From Zancudomyces culisetae HAW-14-8 (Eukaryota; Fungi; Kickxellomycota): a stretch of 64,000 nt of DNA. The translations under genes and the position numbers were made by a program. Shown piece after piece: positions 26,442 through 40,000 of the stretch. Where the stretch lies: positions 2,666,001 to 2,730,000 of the forward strand of contig JBNJNM010000006.1 in the NCBI GenBank assembly GCA_052426225.1, read 5' to 3'. Position 1 is the first letter of the stretch, and every line of letters starts with the position of its first letter. The notes under the pieces were generated by a model, which searched no databases, was not told the origin of the DNA, and was given only the letters and a program-made list of their open reading frames with translations.

Positions 26442-28653
26442 TTAATCGAAAACAATCTTTTGACCCTTAACCCCACTGTTGAGCAGCGCCATTTGTTCCT
26501 TTTCTCGCAATTTCTTAGCTTCCCACGAGGGATGGAGTTCAGCCTTTGAATGGTTGTCAGAACCATTCGTATTGAAACCTTTACTTGCAAAACGTGGGGT
26601 ATTAGACGTGCCAGATGAGGCAAAGCCTGGGGTGGTGCGTCCATAAGCTTCGGAATAGGCTTGGGGTCTAGTTTCGGCCGACTTGCTATCTTGATCAAAC
26701 ACAACTTTGGCTCCTTTAGAAAATACACCAGCCTTGTATTGCTTCATGCGCGCCTTTTTGGTAGAGTGTACATTACTATTGTCTCTGAAAGTGCTGGTAT
26801 TACCAGCCCCATTTTCTTGAACATCTTGGCCCTCATAACGGGAGCTATCCGTATCTTTTCGCTTGATTTTGATATGATTTGCATCTCTTCCATATGCCCT
26901 TTCGTGTTGGCTAAATTAAAAATATAAGATATTGTGAGATTTTTGAATCGGATTTCACATCCAGATCGATAAAAAGATAGCACAAATATATAAAATAAAA
27001 TTTTAAAAAAAACATACGCTCTTCGTTCTCTCTGTCCAGGCCTGTTCTTCTTTTTGGGAACCTCTGGTGTAGATTTAGTATGAGTTTTTGTTTTCTTAAG
27101 TTGCTCTCTGTCAGAATCATAATCTGAATCTGAGTAATCAGATCCTCCCAATGTTTCCATAAACAGCGATTCGTTAGGACCAATTTTCTATATTTTTTGT
27201 TACGTTGTTGATTAGTTAGATATATTATTCGATTCTACTGTAAAATGGTAAAAAATTGAATATTCACAGTTAAAAAAGTCAATTAATAATAGAGACAGGA
27301 GTAATACCTTAGCATCTACAGGCCCTTTGTCGCTATCATAAGAGAGATAATCAACAGTCGGTTCATCCACGTGCTCCTTATGGGTCTGTTTATTTGTTTT
27401 TTCAGAACTGTCTTCAGTTGTGGCTGTGTTTAAATCGTGTTTTTTACTCGCTATATCACCAGAATCAGTGTTTAAAGTCACCTCCACTCTGGCTGTCCTA
27501 TGATTGCCTTTCAATATTTGGCAAACAAACTCCAGCCTCTTCAGCGCATCAACAACAAACTTGGACTTTGAAAGACGACTGTATACTTTTTCATTGATGC
27601 TAATCTTCGGTCGTTTGGTGTTTGCTTTAGGGTTTGCAGCTACATCTTCAACACTCTCAGACTGAATTGGTGGTTGTGTAGTATTGATTGCTTCAAAATA
27701 ATATTTCTTTTCCTCTTTTGAGCCAAGATCTAGCTTTTTGGAGTTTACTCGCAATTCTTCGTTGTTCATCACATGATTATAGAATACATCTTTGGCCGCA
27801 TCATCCAGAGAAAATTCCTATTATTAATTAAAAAACATTTGTTAGTTTTCCTTAATAGCTGAAACAAAGCAGCTTCTAAACGATCTCGAATACTGCAATT
27901 TACCTTTAATCGCGTCAAAAACTCGTTCTCAGCTACAATTTGCCGTTCAATATGTACTTTTTTTTCTTGCTCAGCATTTCTATAGAACAGTTATTCAGAT
28001 TATTGGAGTATTTTTATCATGAGAAAAATAAATAAAAATTGAAATGATACTAGAGATGTACATACTGCAGCTTTTCTTTGAGAACTTTGAGTAGCTTTGC
28101 CGTCTTTTGCATCTCAACTGTTCTGCACCTTTTAATGGCTGCCTTTATCTCTTTTTTTATATGGAACTATTTTTAATATTATGGTAAATGGTAAGCCGAG
28201 AAATTGAACAAAGAAATAACACAACCAAAAACTTTTGCAATACGATGACAATTCCAGAACTTACAATTTTCTGATTAGCCAACGTTATTCTGGCATTTTC
28301 AAGCTCTCGAACAGTCTTTTCTTCGTCGATCGAAACCGAGCCCAAAATCTTTTTGCTGATTTCTTTAATATTTTCGACATCATTCGTTGTTTCTTTGTCG
28401 TTATCAGCATGTATATCTTCGTTAGTCGCTTGAGAGTTTTTCAATTTCATTTTATACTCTCTTCTTTTCTTTTTCAGTTCTTTTCGTCGCATTTTTTCAA
28501 CTGCGAGCTTGGCAATAGTTGGGGCATTTCCCTTGCTCAGCTATGAGTACAAAAATTTACGTCAATGACATTTAACTGTAGGAAGCAAAAATATGTACCT
28601 ACCTGAGCCTCCAAAAGACCTATCTTCCACTCTAAATTCTTCTTTGGTGCCAT
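26442..28653 (-). CDS. BUD22: Bud22/SRFBP1 ribosome-biogenesis protein; exons 28653-28603, 28540-28265, 28166-28066, 27979-27904, 27817-27308, 27187-27018, 26910-26442
   Basis: N-terminus MAPKKNLEWKIGLLEAQ, C-terminal KKNRPGQRERRA..YGRDANHI and LHPSWEAKK..GQKIVFD. Six in-phase GT-AG introns were traced. Confidence 0.87.
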
Positions 28654-28896
28654 TTTTCTAATCTTTAAACACGGTTTCTATTGTCAATTATAGCCTATTT
28701 AAATTTCAGTCCAAATGGTATACCAATTTTTTTCTTCATTTACACTTGATCTATGAGATGCACTAAAAAAAAATTTTAAAAAATAATTTTCTTGTGCCTT
28801 TCCAATCATTTGTTACCATTCATCTTTCCTTAATTTTGCTTTATAAATACTGCTCTGAATATAGTAAACCAAACTTGCATAAAACAACGCCGACTA

Positions 28897-29367
28897 ATGG
28901 GTACCGAATCTGTAAATTTGAAAAAACTAGTACAAACTGTACGAGTGAGATCGGTTCTCAACAAAGATACAAAAAACTTTGGAAAACAGTACCTATTTGA
29001 TGGAAATGATAGTACCTGTTGGAATTCCGACCAGGGATCGCCTCAACACATAATTCTGGAATTTTCCAAATCGGTTGCAATCAACAAGTTCTGTATTATG
29101 TTTCAAGGTGGATTTGTAGGAAAAAGAATAGACGTTTTTGGCCGTACAATGGATGAAACAGCTAATTCAAAGTCGAGTGATTGGACCAACCTAAGTACTT
29201 TCTTCCCTACTGATACCAACAACAAGCAAGAGTTTTTGATATCTAGTCCATCGTATTATACTACTTACAAAATAATCTTTCCAGAAAGTACTGACTTTTA
29301 CGGAAGGATCACGATTTATAATTTGGAGATATTTGGAATGGAATCTGAGGATGAGTGTTTGATCTGA
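28897..29367 (+). CDS. NR2C2AP: Nuclear receptor 2C2-associated protein-like (TRA16, discoidin/F5-8-like fold)
   Basis: SVLNKDTKNFGKQYLFDG..TCWNSDQG, FQGGFVG, FFPTDTN..QEF, IFPESTDFYGRITIYNLEIFG. Divergent from BUD22, with ATGs 243 bp apart. Confidence 0.88.
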   Translation: MGTESVNLKKLVQTVRVRSVLNKDTKNFGKQYLFDGNDSTCWNSDQGSPQHIILEFSKSVAINKFCIMFQGGFVGKRIDVFGRTMDETANSKSSDWTNLSTFFPTDTNNKQEFLISSPSYYTTYKIIFPESTDFYGRITIYNLEIFGMESEDECLI

Positions 29368-32300
29368 TCCCACCTATCTGGTAGAGGTGGTGCGCTTTAG
29401 TTATTAAGTACGAAGAAAAAAATAATCCTAATGCTACCAAATATTTAGCTGGGTGTGGACTAGTTGTTTTTATTTCCATGTTTGTATAACAGTGCGTATA
29501 TTGATTGAATAAAGCTAGCGTATGAATATTTATCTTACAACTGAGCCATAACAGTATTAGCCAATACCATTGAGTTGGTAGAATTAAGAGATTTGATTTT
29601 CAGACCTTTTATGCGTAGGTTACAAGATAGTATCGACTTTTTTAGTGCGATTTGCACTCTTTATTTGCTGCTTCATAATTAGACACTCAAACATACTATT
29701 CTGATGACACAGAATAAATAGAGGGGCAGTGGTATAGCTTTAAACAACTTTAAATACCAGGTTTTTAACCACATTGATTAGAATATATCGTGGGACTACT
29801 TTTAAATTTATCTTTATCAGTTTGTAACGCAGATAATGAGGAAGAGAGAGAGAGATGGGGGGGTTGATCCCGGACGTAATTTTTTCTGGTTGTTCTTTAT
29901 TCAGTAGTTTATCAGTTTAGTATAATAAAGTGAGAAGTGCGGCATGTATAGTTAGCTCAATATACCATTGCTAGACTTTTTATTATTTGCGATCAAGCTG
30001 ATAAACTCTTGCCATTGTTAGTGTTAAGTCGTTTTATTCATTAACGGCGTTTTTGATCTAACTTAAAACAAGATGTTTGAAAATTTGAATTTTGTTGAGG
30101 ATGATGACTTCTAACTGCTAGTCTAGTTTGAGGCCTCTAGCTGAGTGCCTAATAACATCAATTTTGGGGTAATACATGTACCTGGAAAAACGTTTTGTGT
30201 CACGAGAAAAGGAAGGTTTTAATTTATTTGTCATGTCTGTCCCATTGAAGTTGTTATTGGTATCAATAGCACTTTTCGTTGTAAGGGCAGTTAGTTACCA
30301 GAGCATGTTTTAATATATTTGTTGAGATTAATAAACTGATACTCAACCAGTGGCCGGGATTTAAAAGAATGGTAATACTAGAAAAGATATAAAAAAATAG
30401 CCAAAAAATATATGACGGCTTGATGTTGAACACAATGTAACAGTATGTGTGGGATTGTATGTGAAAAGGTTGCGTGGCTAGGAATAAAAGCCACTTTGTG
30501 GTCCTTGGGCGCCAAATCAATACTACTGTCCCCGAACATACAGGGCCTAACATATAATATCCAGATTCTCCCGCGAGTATATCGCATTTTTTAAAATAAA
30601 AAGCCAACAGAATATGCGAGACTACCACCATTCTTCTTGTTAACTTGGTGTGATCATGAAGATTTGAGCAAGGTTTGGATAATCAAAAGTTGTAGAAATG
30701 TTTAAACAGAGTTCGGTCATGGAATAGGTTATGGTTATGCGAACTTGAACTTGAAACTATTTTTCGTAACCGGGTTATTATCACTTTTATTACTGTTAAT
30801 ACTGTCTCGAGTTATGAGTTATGAGTTATGAGCCACGACGAGTCGTAGGTTCTGTAGCATTATTCTCAATTTGGATTTGCAGCGCATGATGAGGAACGTT
30901 GATATAGATGAATAAACCACGATAACTCGGACTATTGGTTAGCCTAGAAGCACTTAAAATATACTACAGAATTTGCTGTCCTTGATTTACAAAAGACAAA
31001 GTTGCACCGTTATAGTGCTTGACATTTTATTGGTATTATTGATGTAATACTGGTGTACAATTGAGATAAACTGAGTGACTTTTAAATCTAATGGATACTT
31101 ATTACCAATTGGTGATAATTTTATGTTACACTAGCTATTTGTAAATCCTTCAATTTTGGCACGAATTGTATCGATAAACACGAAATTAAACTTCAAGTTT
31201 GGCACAAAGACAGAACACAAATTAAAAAAAACGGTTAAAAAACGGTGAAATAACTAAAGGTGTGGAATATAGGGTGTGATATGTGAGGTGCGGAGGGCAT
31301 GGGGTATGGAGAGTGGAAAAATATTTACTTGTAACACACTGAGTGTAAAGGCGCTGAAGGAATGCAAAGATAATAACAAAGGCAAAGCTGGCCTTTTGAC
31401 CTAGAGTGAAACACTGCTTGAAAACTTCGCCTTACAAAGTGAATATTGGATTTCTGCGCTATCTTTATTAAACGCAATTATCCTATGTTTTTATGATTCA
31501 GCCATTTTTTGATTTATTGGAATATTTTCTTTTTGGATAAAGAGTCAACAAATGGAGGTTATATTCTAAAAACTCCGAAATATTGCGGCCACAAAATAAG
31601 CTAGGTATGCTTTAATAGCCCAAATCTTTCCAAATGCTACACAGTCTTTTTATATATATACGCTGGAATAAAACCGACTTTAAGTAGAGCCAATTATTGA
31701 ATCGAACGCATATTACGAGAAAAAAAGTTAAAGTAAGGATTAATGAGATCCAAGCTATTAATTGCGTCTGTAAAAATATAGCTTAGTAAAAATTTGCTTA
31801 GTCTTGGGAAATAATATTTCTCCAACCATCAAATGAAGTTTCAAATCAACAATTCGTATTTATTTGTTTGGATAAAAATAAAGCCTGAAGATCTAAAGCT
31901 ACCATAATATACAAGTAAGATAGCATCAGAGATGTATCGCATATAGACACTTTAAACACAATCAATCAAATCACAGTCAAGAGTGAAAAGTTACATAGTT
32001 GACAAAGAACTGAATGTTGAGTTTTATATTAACATAAAGCTTCATTGGATAAACCGATGGAAACAAAATACTGACCAAAAGACAAGAATATTTGAATACT
32101 AAGTCTACAAAACATCAAAAGGTTTGGATATGATCAGGTGGGGGAGGAAGGGGTTCATTTAATTAAAAACTAATAGCTACTCCTACACCACTAATTCTAA
32201 GATTGTCCAGATTGCTGTAAAAATTAGTGTGAGCGCGGAAAAAAAAACAAAAGATTTCATATTCAAGGTGTATTGCTGTTTTGTGTCTGAACACCGTCTT

Positions 32301-34030
32301 AAAGAGGATAATGTTTTTTTTTGGGGGAGGGGAATGTTATATACAGGTGTTCACTAAATCCAAACATTCTAATCTAAAATAGTGAAAATATTGGTCTATT
32401 ATAAGATGAGATTTAGGAAAGAGAAAATTTAAGCAAGGGTGAATCATTTCAGGATTTGATGTACAATATATATTAAATACTATATGATATACTGTGACTC
32501 TGTATAACCTATGTCCGATTGATTGTTGAGCTCAAAGACATATCTGTTTCTTAGACAAGTAAAATGAAAGCTTGAACTTTATAATGAAGCAGGTTAGAAC
32601 TCATCATTCTTATTATTTAGGCTAGTCTAGGTGTGTAACATCGGCGGTAATTCTTTGTAAACATGGTATTTTTTAATTTATTACTAAAAATAACCTGTGT
32701 GTCAGCATTAGTAAATTTGGTGAATTGGAATCTTAATAATAGAAAACTCAAAATCTGTTTAAAAAAATAGGAATATTATGAAAAAAAAATAAAAACAGAA
32801 AATTAATTGATAAAGCTAACCAAATAGCTACTTAACAAATGGTTAACTGTTAAATAGTAAAATTAACAGAAATTAATTTTGGGTCCTCATAATTGAATTT
32901 CAAATAATTGCGAATTTTCCCTAAATCAACTGATCAAATTCATTAAAAATTAGCAAGTGATTAAGGACATTGATAATTGGCTAAATGTGTGGGGGAAAAG
33001 AAAGCAAAAGAAAACAAGAACATCGTTAGAGATTACATAAATCGCGTATATTACTAAAAAATTTTTTTTGTGATTAATAAAAGGCATGTACGATTCAATG
33101 GCGGAAAGGCGAGAATGATTTTAATGGTAGACAAAGACTGGTGTGGCATTAACTAAGCTGCTCTATATATGCTATTTTATTTTTTTTAAATTGTAAATTA
33201 TAGAAAGGCGACTTTGCAAATAAGGTAGAGAAAAAAGTCCAACAATAAAAAATTCAAGCTAGCAAATAGATATTTTTGGTTTGGGTTCTAAATACGGTTG
33301 TAAACACTATAACAAACCAACAAGAGGGTGATAAAGGGAATTACTTTGCCATACTCTTGGAGGAGATATTCGAAATTGTATTTGAAACAAAGAAAAATAC
33401 GGATTGTATGGTAAGAATTTAAATTGTATTTATTTGATTACAAGTTAAATATAGCAGCAATAAAGATTCGAAATCAAAGACCAATTGTCAAAACAAAAGA
33501 AAGAGAAAAATTTATAGAAAAGACTTGTATTAAGGCAAATACGTATTAAATATTTGTAGAGCGGGATAGACATCAATTTGACATTATAATCTGTATATGA
33601 TTGCAATAGATGTTCGTAAAAGGATACACAGCCTATTTAAGAATAGAAATATAGAGAGTTGGAAACGTTAATTTAATAGAGTTATTATACCCGAATATAT
33701 CTATAATCAGACTAGCTAAGATTTAGTAACCACAGGGGTCTACAGTAAAGATATAAAGCAATCCTAAAGAGCTCGGGATAAAGGACGATAGAAACAAAAA
33801 TATAGTGCCGTGCATAATATTTAACTGTGAGTACAACAATATCACTAGAATTTTTGGTTGGAATAGAGTTTGTAACAAAAAGGACAAAGAAAAAAAAGAG
33901 AAAGAATTGAATTATATACCCAAATGGTTAGAGCTGCTGGGTGGCATCTATAGAATACGTAAAAATAAGTATAACATTTAGACATCAAGGAAAAAGAAAT
34001 TTAGAAAAGACAATTTGCTTAGAAAAAAAA

Positions 34031-37000
34031 ATGAGTTGGAACACAGGTTGGGGAAACACTAGAGGTAGCAAACAAAATGCAAACAAGAAGAACGCAGCAA
34101 GACCGCTAACGATATTTGGCGGTAGCTTTAAAAACAATATAATGGGCTTTCGTAAGATAGAAAAGGATGCCAAAGATAGCGGAGAGAATGGAAAGGCAAA
34201 AGATAGTTTTTTGTGGACAGGGCGTAGGCCGGCAACAGATGAGGCGAGTGTTATGGAATATGAGGTGGAGCAAAATCTAACGGAAAAAAGTGGAAGTACA
34301 ATGGAGAGGGTGGGAGAAAAGGGAAGCATAAGAAAGGTGAGCGAAAGCAAAAAGATAAGCACCAAAGTCAAAGAGGGATACTTGAGCAAAAAATCCGACC
34401 TGATTTCACGAGCAACACTCAAAACAGCATTGGGGAAAAGTTGGAAGGTGTATAGAGTGACACTAAAAGGAGCAAAACTATTTTTTTATAAGGTTCCATC
34501 AGAGAGTAAGCTTAAAGCAATGTTTGCTGAACAGATAGTAACAAAAGAGTCGATAATGGATGACTATAGACGAACAGGAATGCCATTGAGTTCATCGGAG
34601 GTAGACGAAGGGTCTAGGGCTATACTTTTTGATCCTAGAGTTTCAGATGGAGTGATAATGGATCCGCTGTGTGAGCGATATGTGTTTGGGGAGTGTTTTA
34701 CAGAAGTGGAGATCAAGAGTTTTAAGTTTAAGAGATACGTGTGTGTGCTGATATTTGATGATACATTGGTTGTATTGAAGAGACGATGGGTGAAGGAAGG
34801 TAAAGCATCGAGCTTTTTTGGAGCAGTCAGCAATAAACTACGATTTGGAAAACTGGGAAAGCCAACGCATAACGACAATTCGTCGTTGGTTAGTGCAGAG
34901 TTGGGTATAAAGGGAAAAGGTCATTTCACAAAGTGGAAAAGCCATGCGGTATATAGTATGAAGAATGTAGAGGTGCTAGAGTCTACGGATGTACAATTTA
35001 TGGGAGTAAGGACGCAGGGAAAGTTTGGAAATATGGTATCGAGTAGGAGTAGTTTGTATTCGATTGGGAACCAGTCTGTCTCGTCAGTAATGACACAAAC
35101 ATCTACACTCTCCAAGGACTATTCAGGAATGATTACAGCCGGAGCGGCAGTGGGATTCCAAATGTATGTGTCAGGGAATGCGAGAACAAGTCGAATGTTT
35201 GTAGCAACTACATCGGATGCCAAGAACAATTGGATGTCGAGGTTTGCAGTTGCCAAAGCGTCATACGGACATAAGATGCGGTTGAAAGCTAGAGAACAAA
35301 ACAGGCTTATCAAGAAAACACAAGAGGTAAGTAGAGGGGGGAGAGATAACTATAATACACAGGCAAAGTATAACCAAGGATGGGGGGTCGGAGAGAGGAA
35401 TGGTAATAAGCGAACTGAGGACAGCAAGACACAAGCTGATTATATAAAACAATCCGAAGAGGTTTTGCCGAGAAAGAATTTATCTAAAACTCAAAACAGT
35501 GACAAGGACGCTGATGGTAAGGAAAGTTCGGAAAGGGACGGTAATAAAAAGATGGATAATCAGGTGGCCAAAAAAGGCGATACGGTACAACCAGTCAACA
35601 AGCAAGAAGATAAAATAAGTACAATTTTTGAAAGCGGGAGCTTTTTTGGAGGAACAGCAAATGGGATACTTAGAAAAATAATAATGTCCAGCGAGGGACA
35701 GAGCAAAACACAACTATATTTAAAGGCTCTGGCGGCGACATACGAGGATTTTATTAAAACAGACGAGTTTATAGATGCTCTAGAGCAAGTTTTAGGGATG
35801 ATAGAAAAAACAGAGGAACGCAATAGCAACTATCTGGAGAATTATGTGTATTTGCTAGAGAAGCTGTGCGGAATTAGCAAAAATAAGTTGTATGAAAACC
35901 AAGTGGGTAGGATAAAAGCGTTGGCGGATCGATTGAAGAGTTCGGCTTCAATGGTGACAGGAGGACTGGAGAGACTGGATTGTTTAGTTGAAGGTATGGT
36001 TTCATTGGAGACACAAAGCCACAACCCGGTTTTAAAACATAAAGTCAGCGAGACACGGACGCTTGGAGCAGAAACAGAGGCGAATGATAGAGCGCGTAGT
36101 GGAGAGGCTGAAGAAGAGAGCAGGGATGTAGGTAGAGATGGAGTCAGTAAGAAAAAAGTGTGTAGAGTGGTAGGTGATGATATAGCTAGACTAAATACGG
36201 AGTTACAGAATCTGGGAGTGACAGGGCTGACAAGCGGATTGTTGTTGAAGCTGGAGCCGGAGTATTTTGCCAAACAAATATACGCATTCCATGCAGAGGC
36301 ATTGATAAACACAGATGTTTTGGATATCAAGAGATATTTGCCAAGAAGTAGAGAGGAGACAGATCGCAAAATTGTTCCAAAGAGTTTGCTGACGATAGGG
36401 CTGCCAGGGGCGGAAAGAAGTGGGCAGAATTCATTTTCGCGGAATTATAATGGAATTACGACATTGGGGCTGCAGGGAACGATGGCAGGAGATAGTCAAT
36501 GTGGCAGTGTGAGTAGAGCGGAGGGAGAGAGTGAGAGTACGAACAGTTTGTTTTACACAATGCATGAGCCACATTTTCTTGTACAACAGATTTTTCATCA
36601 ATTACTTACAGAGCTCCAGCCAAACCAAGCTACACAGCGAGGTGACGTGTTGCTTCATTGGATTAAGATAGGAGAGTCAAGTAGAATGTTGGGAGATGCA
36701 GTTGCGTGGTCGGCGATTGCGGTTGCGATTACGTCCCCACCGATAGCCAGGCTGCGAGAAACGTGGTTTAGTGTTCCTGTGGAGTGGAAAATGTTGGTGG
36801 TAACCAAATGGATTCCACAGCTATTACACAGCAACATGGTTTGCCTAAATGCTGATGAGTTGTACAAGAAGGGAAGTTTCCAACCATTGGTAATAGAGCC
36901 ACTTAACAGAGACTTTGTGGCACTGCCGTATTATGGAGTGATTAGACAAAACGTCTGTCAAATAGGCAAACACTATATGAATAAAGCGATTCTATCACTC

Positions 37001-40000
37001 AGTGGAAGCGAGCAGCTACCAGAAGAAGCAGTAGTGTTTACAAAGTATATAAAAATGTACAAGTCGGCGCATCGGGCAATTGAAGTACTTCAAAAAAGGA
37101 AAGATGATATGCATGGACAAAGAATAGCTGAGTTTATGAAACAGCTAAACAGCGAAAGGGTTGAGTATGTGCAGGAAGGGGAAAGTATGAAATATGGCCA
37201 AGAGCCTTTGATAAACGGAGACATCCAAGTGTATCTCAAAACTATATCACAGTCAGCAGCAATGATGCCAGATTCACATCTTTTAAAACTTGATGATAGC
37301 GAAGGATTGAATTATGTGATTGCTAAATCACTTGAAGCAGAAGCGAGCATTACAGATTTGAGTGACGAGTTGATTCAAGCGGATGTGTCTGAGGAAGAGG
37401 CATTGAAAAATGGCTACATCACCCAGCCGGCGACAGTAAGGACTGAAGAAGGGTTGAAGTTCACATCGTCAACAATTCTTCCTCTTGTTTGTCCGGAAAC
37501 TGTGCCCTCTACAAATGTACTGCAATGGATTAGCCCATTGAATAGACTTTCTTTGAATTCATGGAAGACAGGCAAAGCGGCTGTAACGACAAAAGCGGCT
37601 GTAAAAGAACAAAAAGAGGCTAAAATCAAAACGATTCGAAGGTTGTCAGCCAACTCCAAGACAATTTCATTTGATTTAAAGAATTCTTCAAAGCATCTAG
37701 AGCTTAGCCAGAATCTTTTTGTGCTGAACAAATCTCTGAAAACAACGGAGGAATTAGACAATCTCAAAGACAGTAATGTGCGTTTGGAACAATTTGTGGC
37801 TGACCCAATCAGTCCCTGGGCGAATAGTCGAAGTCGTGGAAAGACAGTTGCGCTTGATGATTTAGATGCAGACAAGCACAATCCTATTTCTTCACACAAG
37901 CGGAGTCTTACCTTTCCAAAGATTCTTGATTCGTTGGATGAAAAGGACAAACATTTTGATATGCAAAGCCTTAGTCGAAATAAACCAACATTCGGTTTGG
38001 AGTCATTGAATCTACAGGACAGTAACAAAAGCAGTGCAGACACTGAGGTGGCAGAAAACGAGGCCAAAAAGTCACAAGCCGAAGACGAGCATAAAAGGAA
38101 AAAGAATACATCTAGAGCTACAGGAACAAATACATCGATGGATTTGTTCCGGTCGTATACATCGAATGTGGGATCCGTAGTCTTTGGGTTGGGGGGAGAG
38201 TTGGTTTTAAAAATAATCAAAATACAGTATGCTACTAGTGAAATGCGATCATCGCGACGCGCAAGTATAGATAGCAGAACTGGAAGTATTTCAAGCAGAC
38301 GCTCGAGCATTTCAACTGCGTTAAATGGTGGCGGTTCAAGTGCTTTGCTGAGTGCTGAGCAACCAAAGACCAATCTGCTTTTTAACAATTCCGGAGGCTA
38401 TGGAATGTATCTCGGAACAAACGGAGCGGGCGGAGGTACTAACTATGTAGAAGATTTCTCGAAGCCAATTGGATATTTTGTACAGGTTGAGGCGGCGCAC
38501 ACTAGCCATTTGATCAAAATAGCAACTGAAGGTTTGGATTTTGCAGCACCAACAATCAAAACCTCACTAGAGACAAACGAGCCCCTGGAAATCTTGCCAG
38601 GAGAACGACCAAAGCTGTTTTTGGATAGAGTCTCGTTTATGAAGTCGTTTTTGACAGCGTACCGTCACTTCAACGTGGGAATGGATATCATCAGACACCT
38701 TGACGCTACATGTTTTGTTGGCCAACAGGACGGTAAGATCAAATTGGGTAGTCCAGTGGTTTTAAGTCGATGTTTGGACCTGCTCTGCGAATGGACTGGC
38801 GTGTTTATTGAAGATTTCCTTGGCAACTATTCATTACTACAGGCCACATCGGCGTTTCTGAAAAAGCTGGTTGATGTATTGAAATCACACAGCGGAGGCA
38901 AGCGACATGTTGAAAAAGATTTTACGGATAGACTGGATGTGCTAAAGTTTATAGAGAGTAATGTGAGTATGTTTGATTCTCAGTATTTTGAACATAGCTT
39001 GAATAAGCAAGGTCTGGTTACACTATATGACAATAACGCATCACAATTTGAGTTTGTGTCGCTGGTTGTCGAAAGTTTGTTGGAAAAGACGTATATTTTG
39101 CAACAAATCTTTGCCATAAGACTGTTACTTCCATCCGGATTTACATTAAATGATATTGTTTTGCAGCAAAAAATTGGCATTGGAAAAATCAACGATGAAC
39201 AGTTACAACGTCTCAAGTTGAAACAAGAATCACTGCTTTTGCCATCGTCGTCGTCATCACCAACACCATCTCCATCTCCATTGTCTACATCACCACCAAT
39301 GTCACCAACACCATCATTGTTACCAGTAGGACTATCCCTGCAAACATCACTGTCCTTGTCACTACAGCTACCATTACCAGCACGTTCACAACAAAAGACT
39401 ACCAATGTTCCACCACGTTCGTCATCAAAGCTGAAAACAGCAAGCTTGGCAGTTAAAACAGCAAATCCAGCACCACAAATAATTTCAAGCCACCTACAAA
39501 GCCTGGCAATTGATAACAACAGCCCAATGGAAATTCTAGATTCGCTGAATCGGCTTGTGCAGACATGTTACTCGTCCTGTTCCAAGCAGGACTGGCAAAA
39601 AACGTTTGGGTTTCTGGAAGTTCAAACACGCGTGCCGTTGGGATGGTATTCGTTTAAACGAACCAGTTCATATTCTGACGACGATTTACTGATTTCAGAT
39701 ATCTATATGGTTTTGGAAAATGCGTTGCGGAGGCGAGTAGATGGAACGGATCTCAACAGAACCAGCAACAGCTCGATTTCTGGCAAGTACCGTAGCTCCA
39801 TTGGTATGTCTCTGATCAACAGCCTTGGTTCGGGCCGTGTCTTGTCATCTGGAAGTACAGGTTTCTACGACTATTCCAATAACCTTGCGGCGATGGGTAG
39901 CAATAATGACAGCAAAAGCTTGGTTTCGTATTTACCACAGTCGATTCAAAACCTGTTGGACTTACACAAGTTTATTCGGATGTGGACTATTCAGCAGATA

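Noticed and set aside
28750-28790. PAC/RRPE-like motifs in the BUD22 promoter
   Set aside because: Only loose A/T-rich matches, expected by chance.
29522-29597. SECIS candidate downstream of NR2C2AP
   Set aside because: Helix II pairs poorly and the apical region is too long.
30101-30144. ATGATGA...CTGA box C/D snoRNA candidate
   Set aside because: Only 44 nt, with a weak terminal stem and no recognisable rRNA guide.
30263-30631. 122-aa minus-strand ORF
   Set aside because: No motif and an intergenic-like composition.
33941-34030. GTG start given by the ORF track
   Set aside because: Eukaryotic gene; the first ATG at 34031 has an A-rich context.
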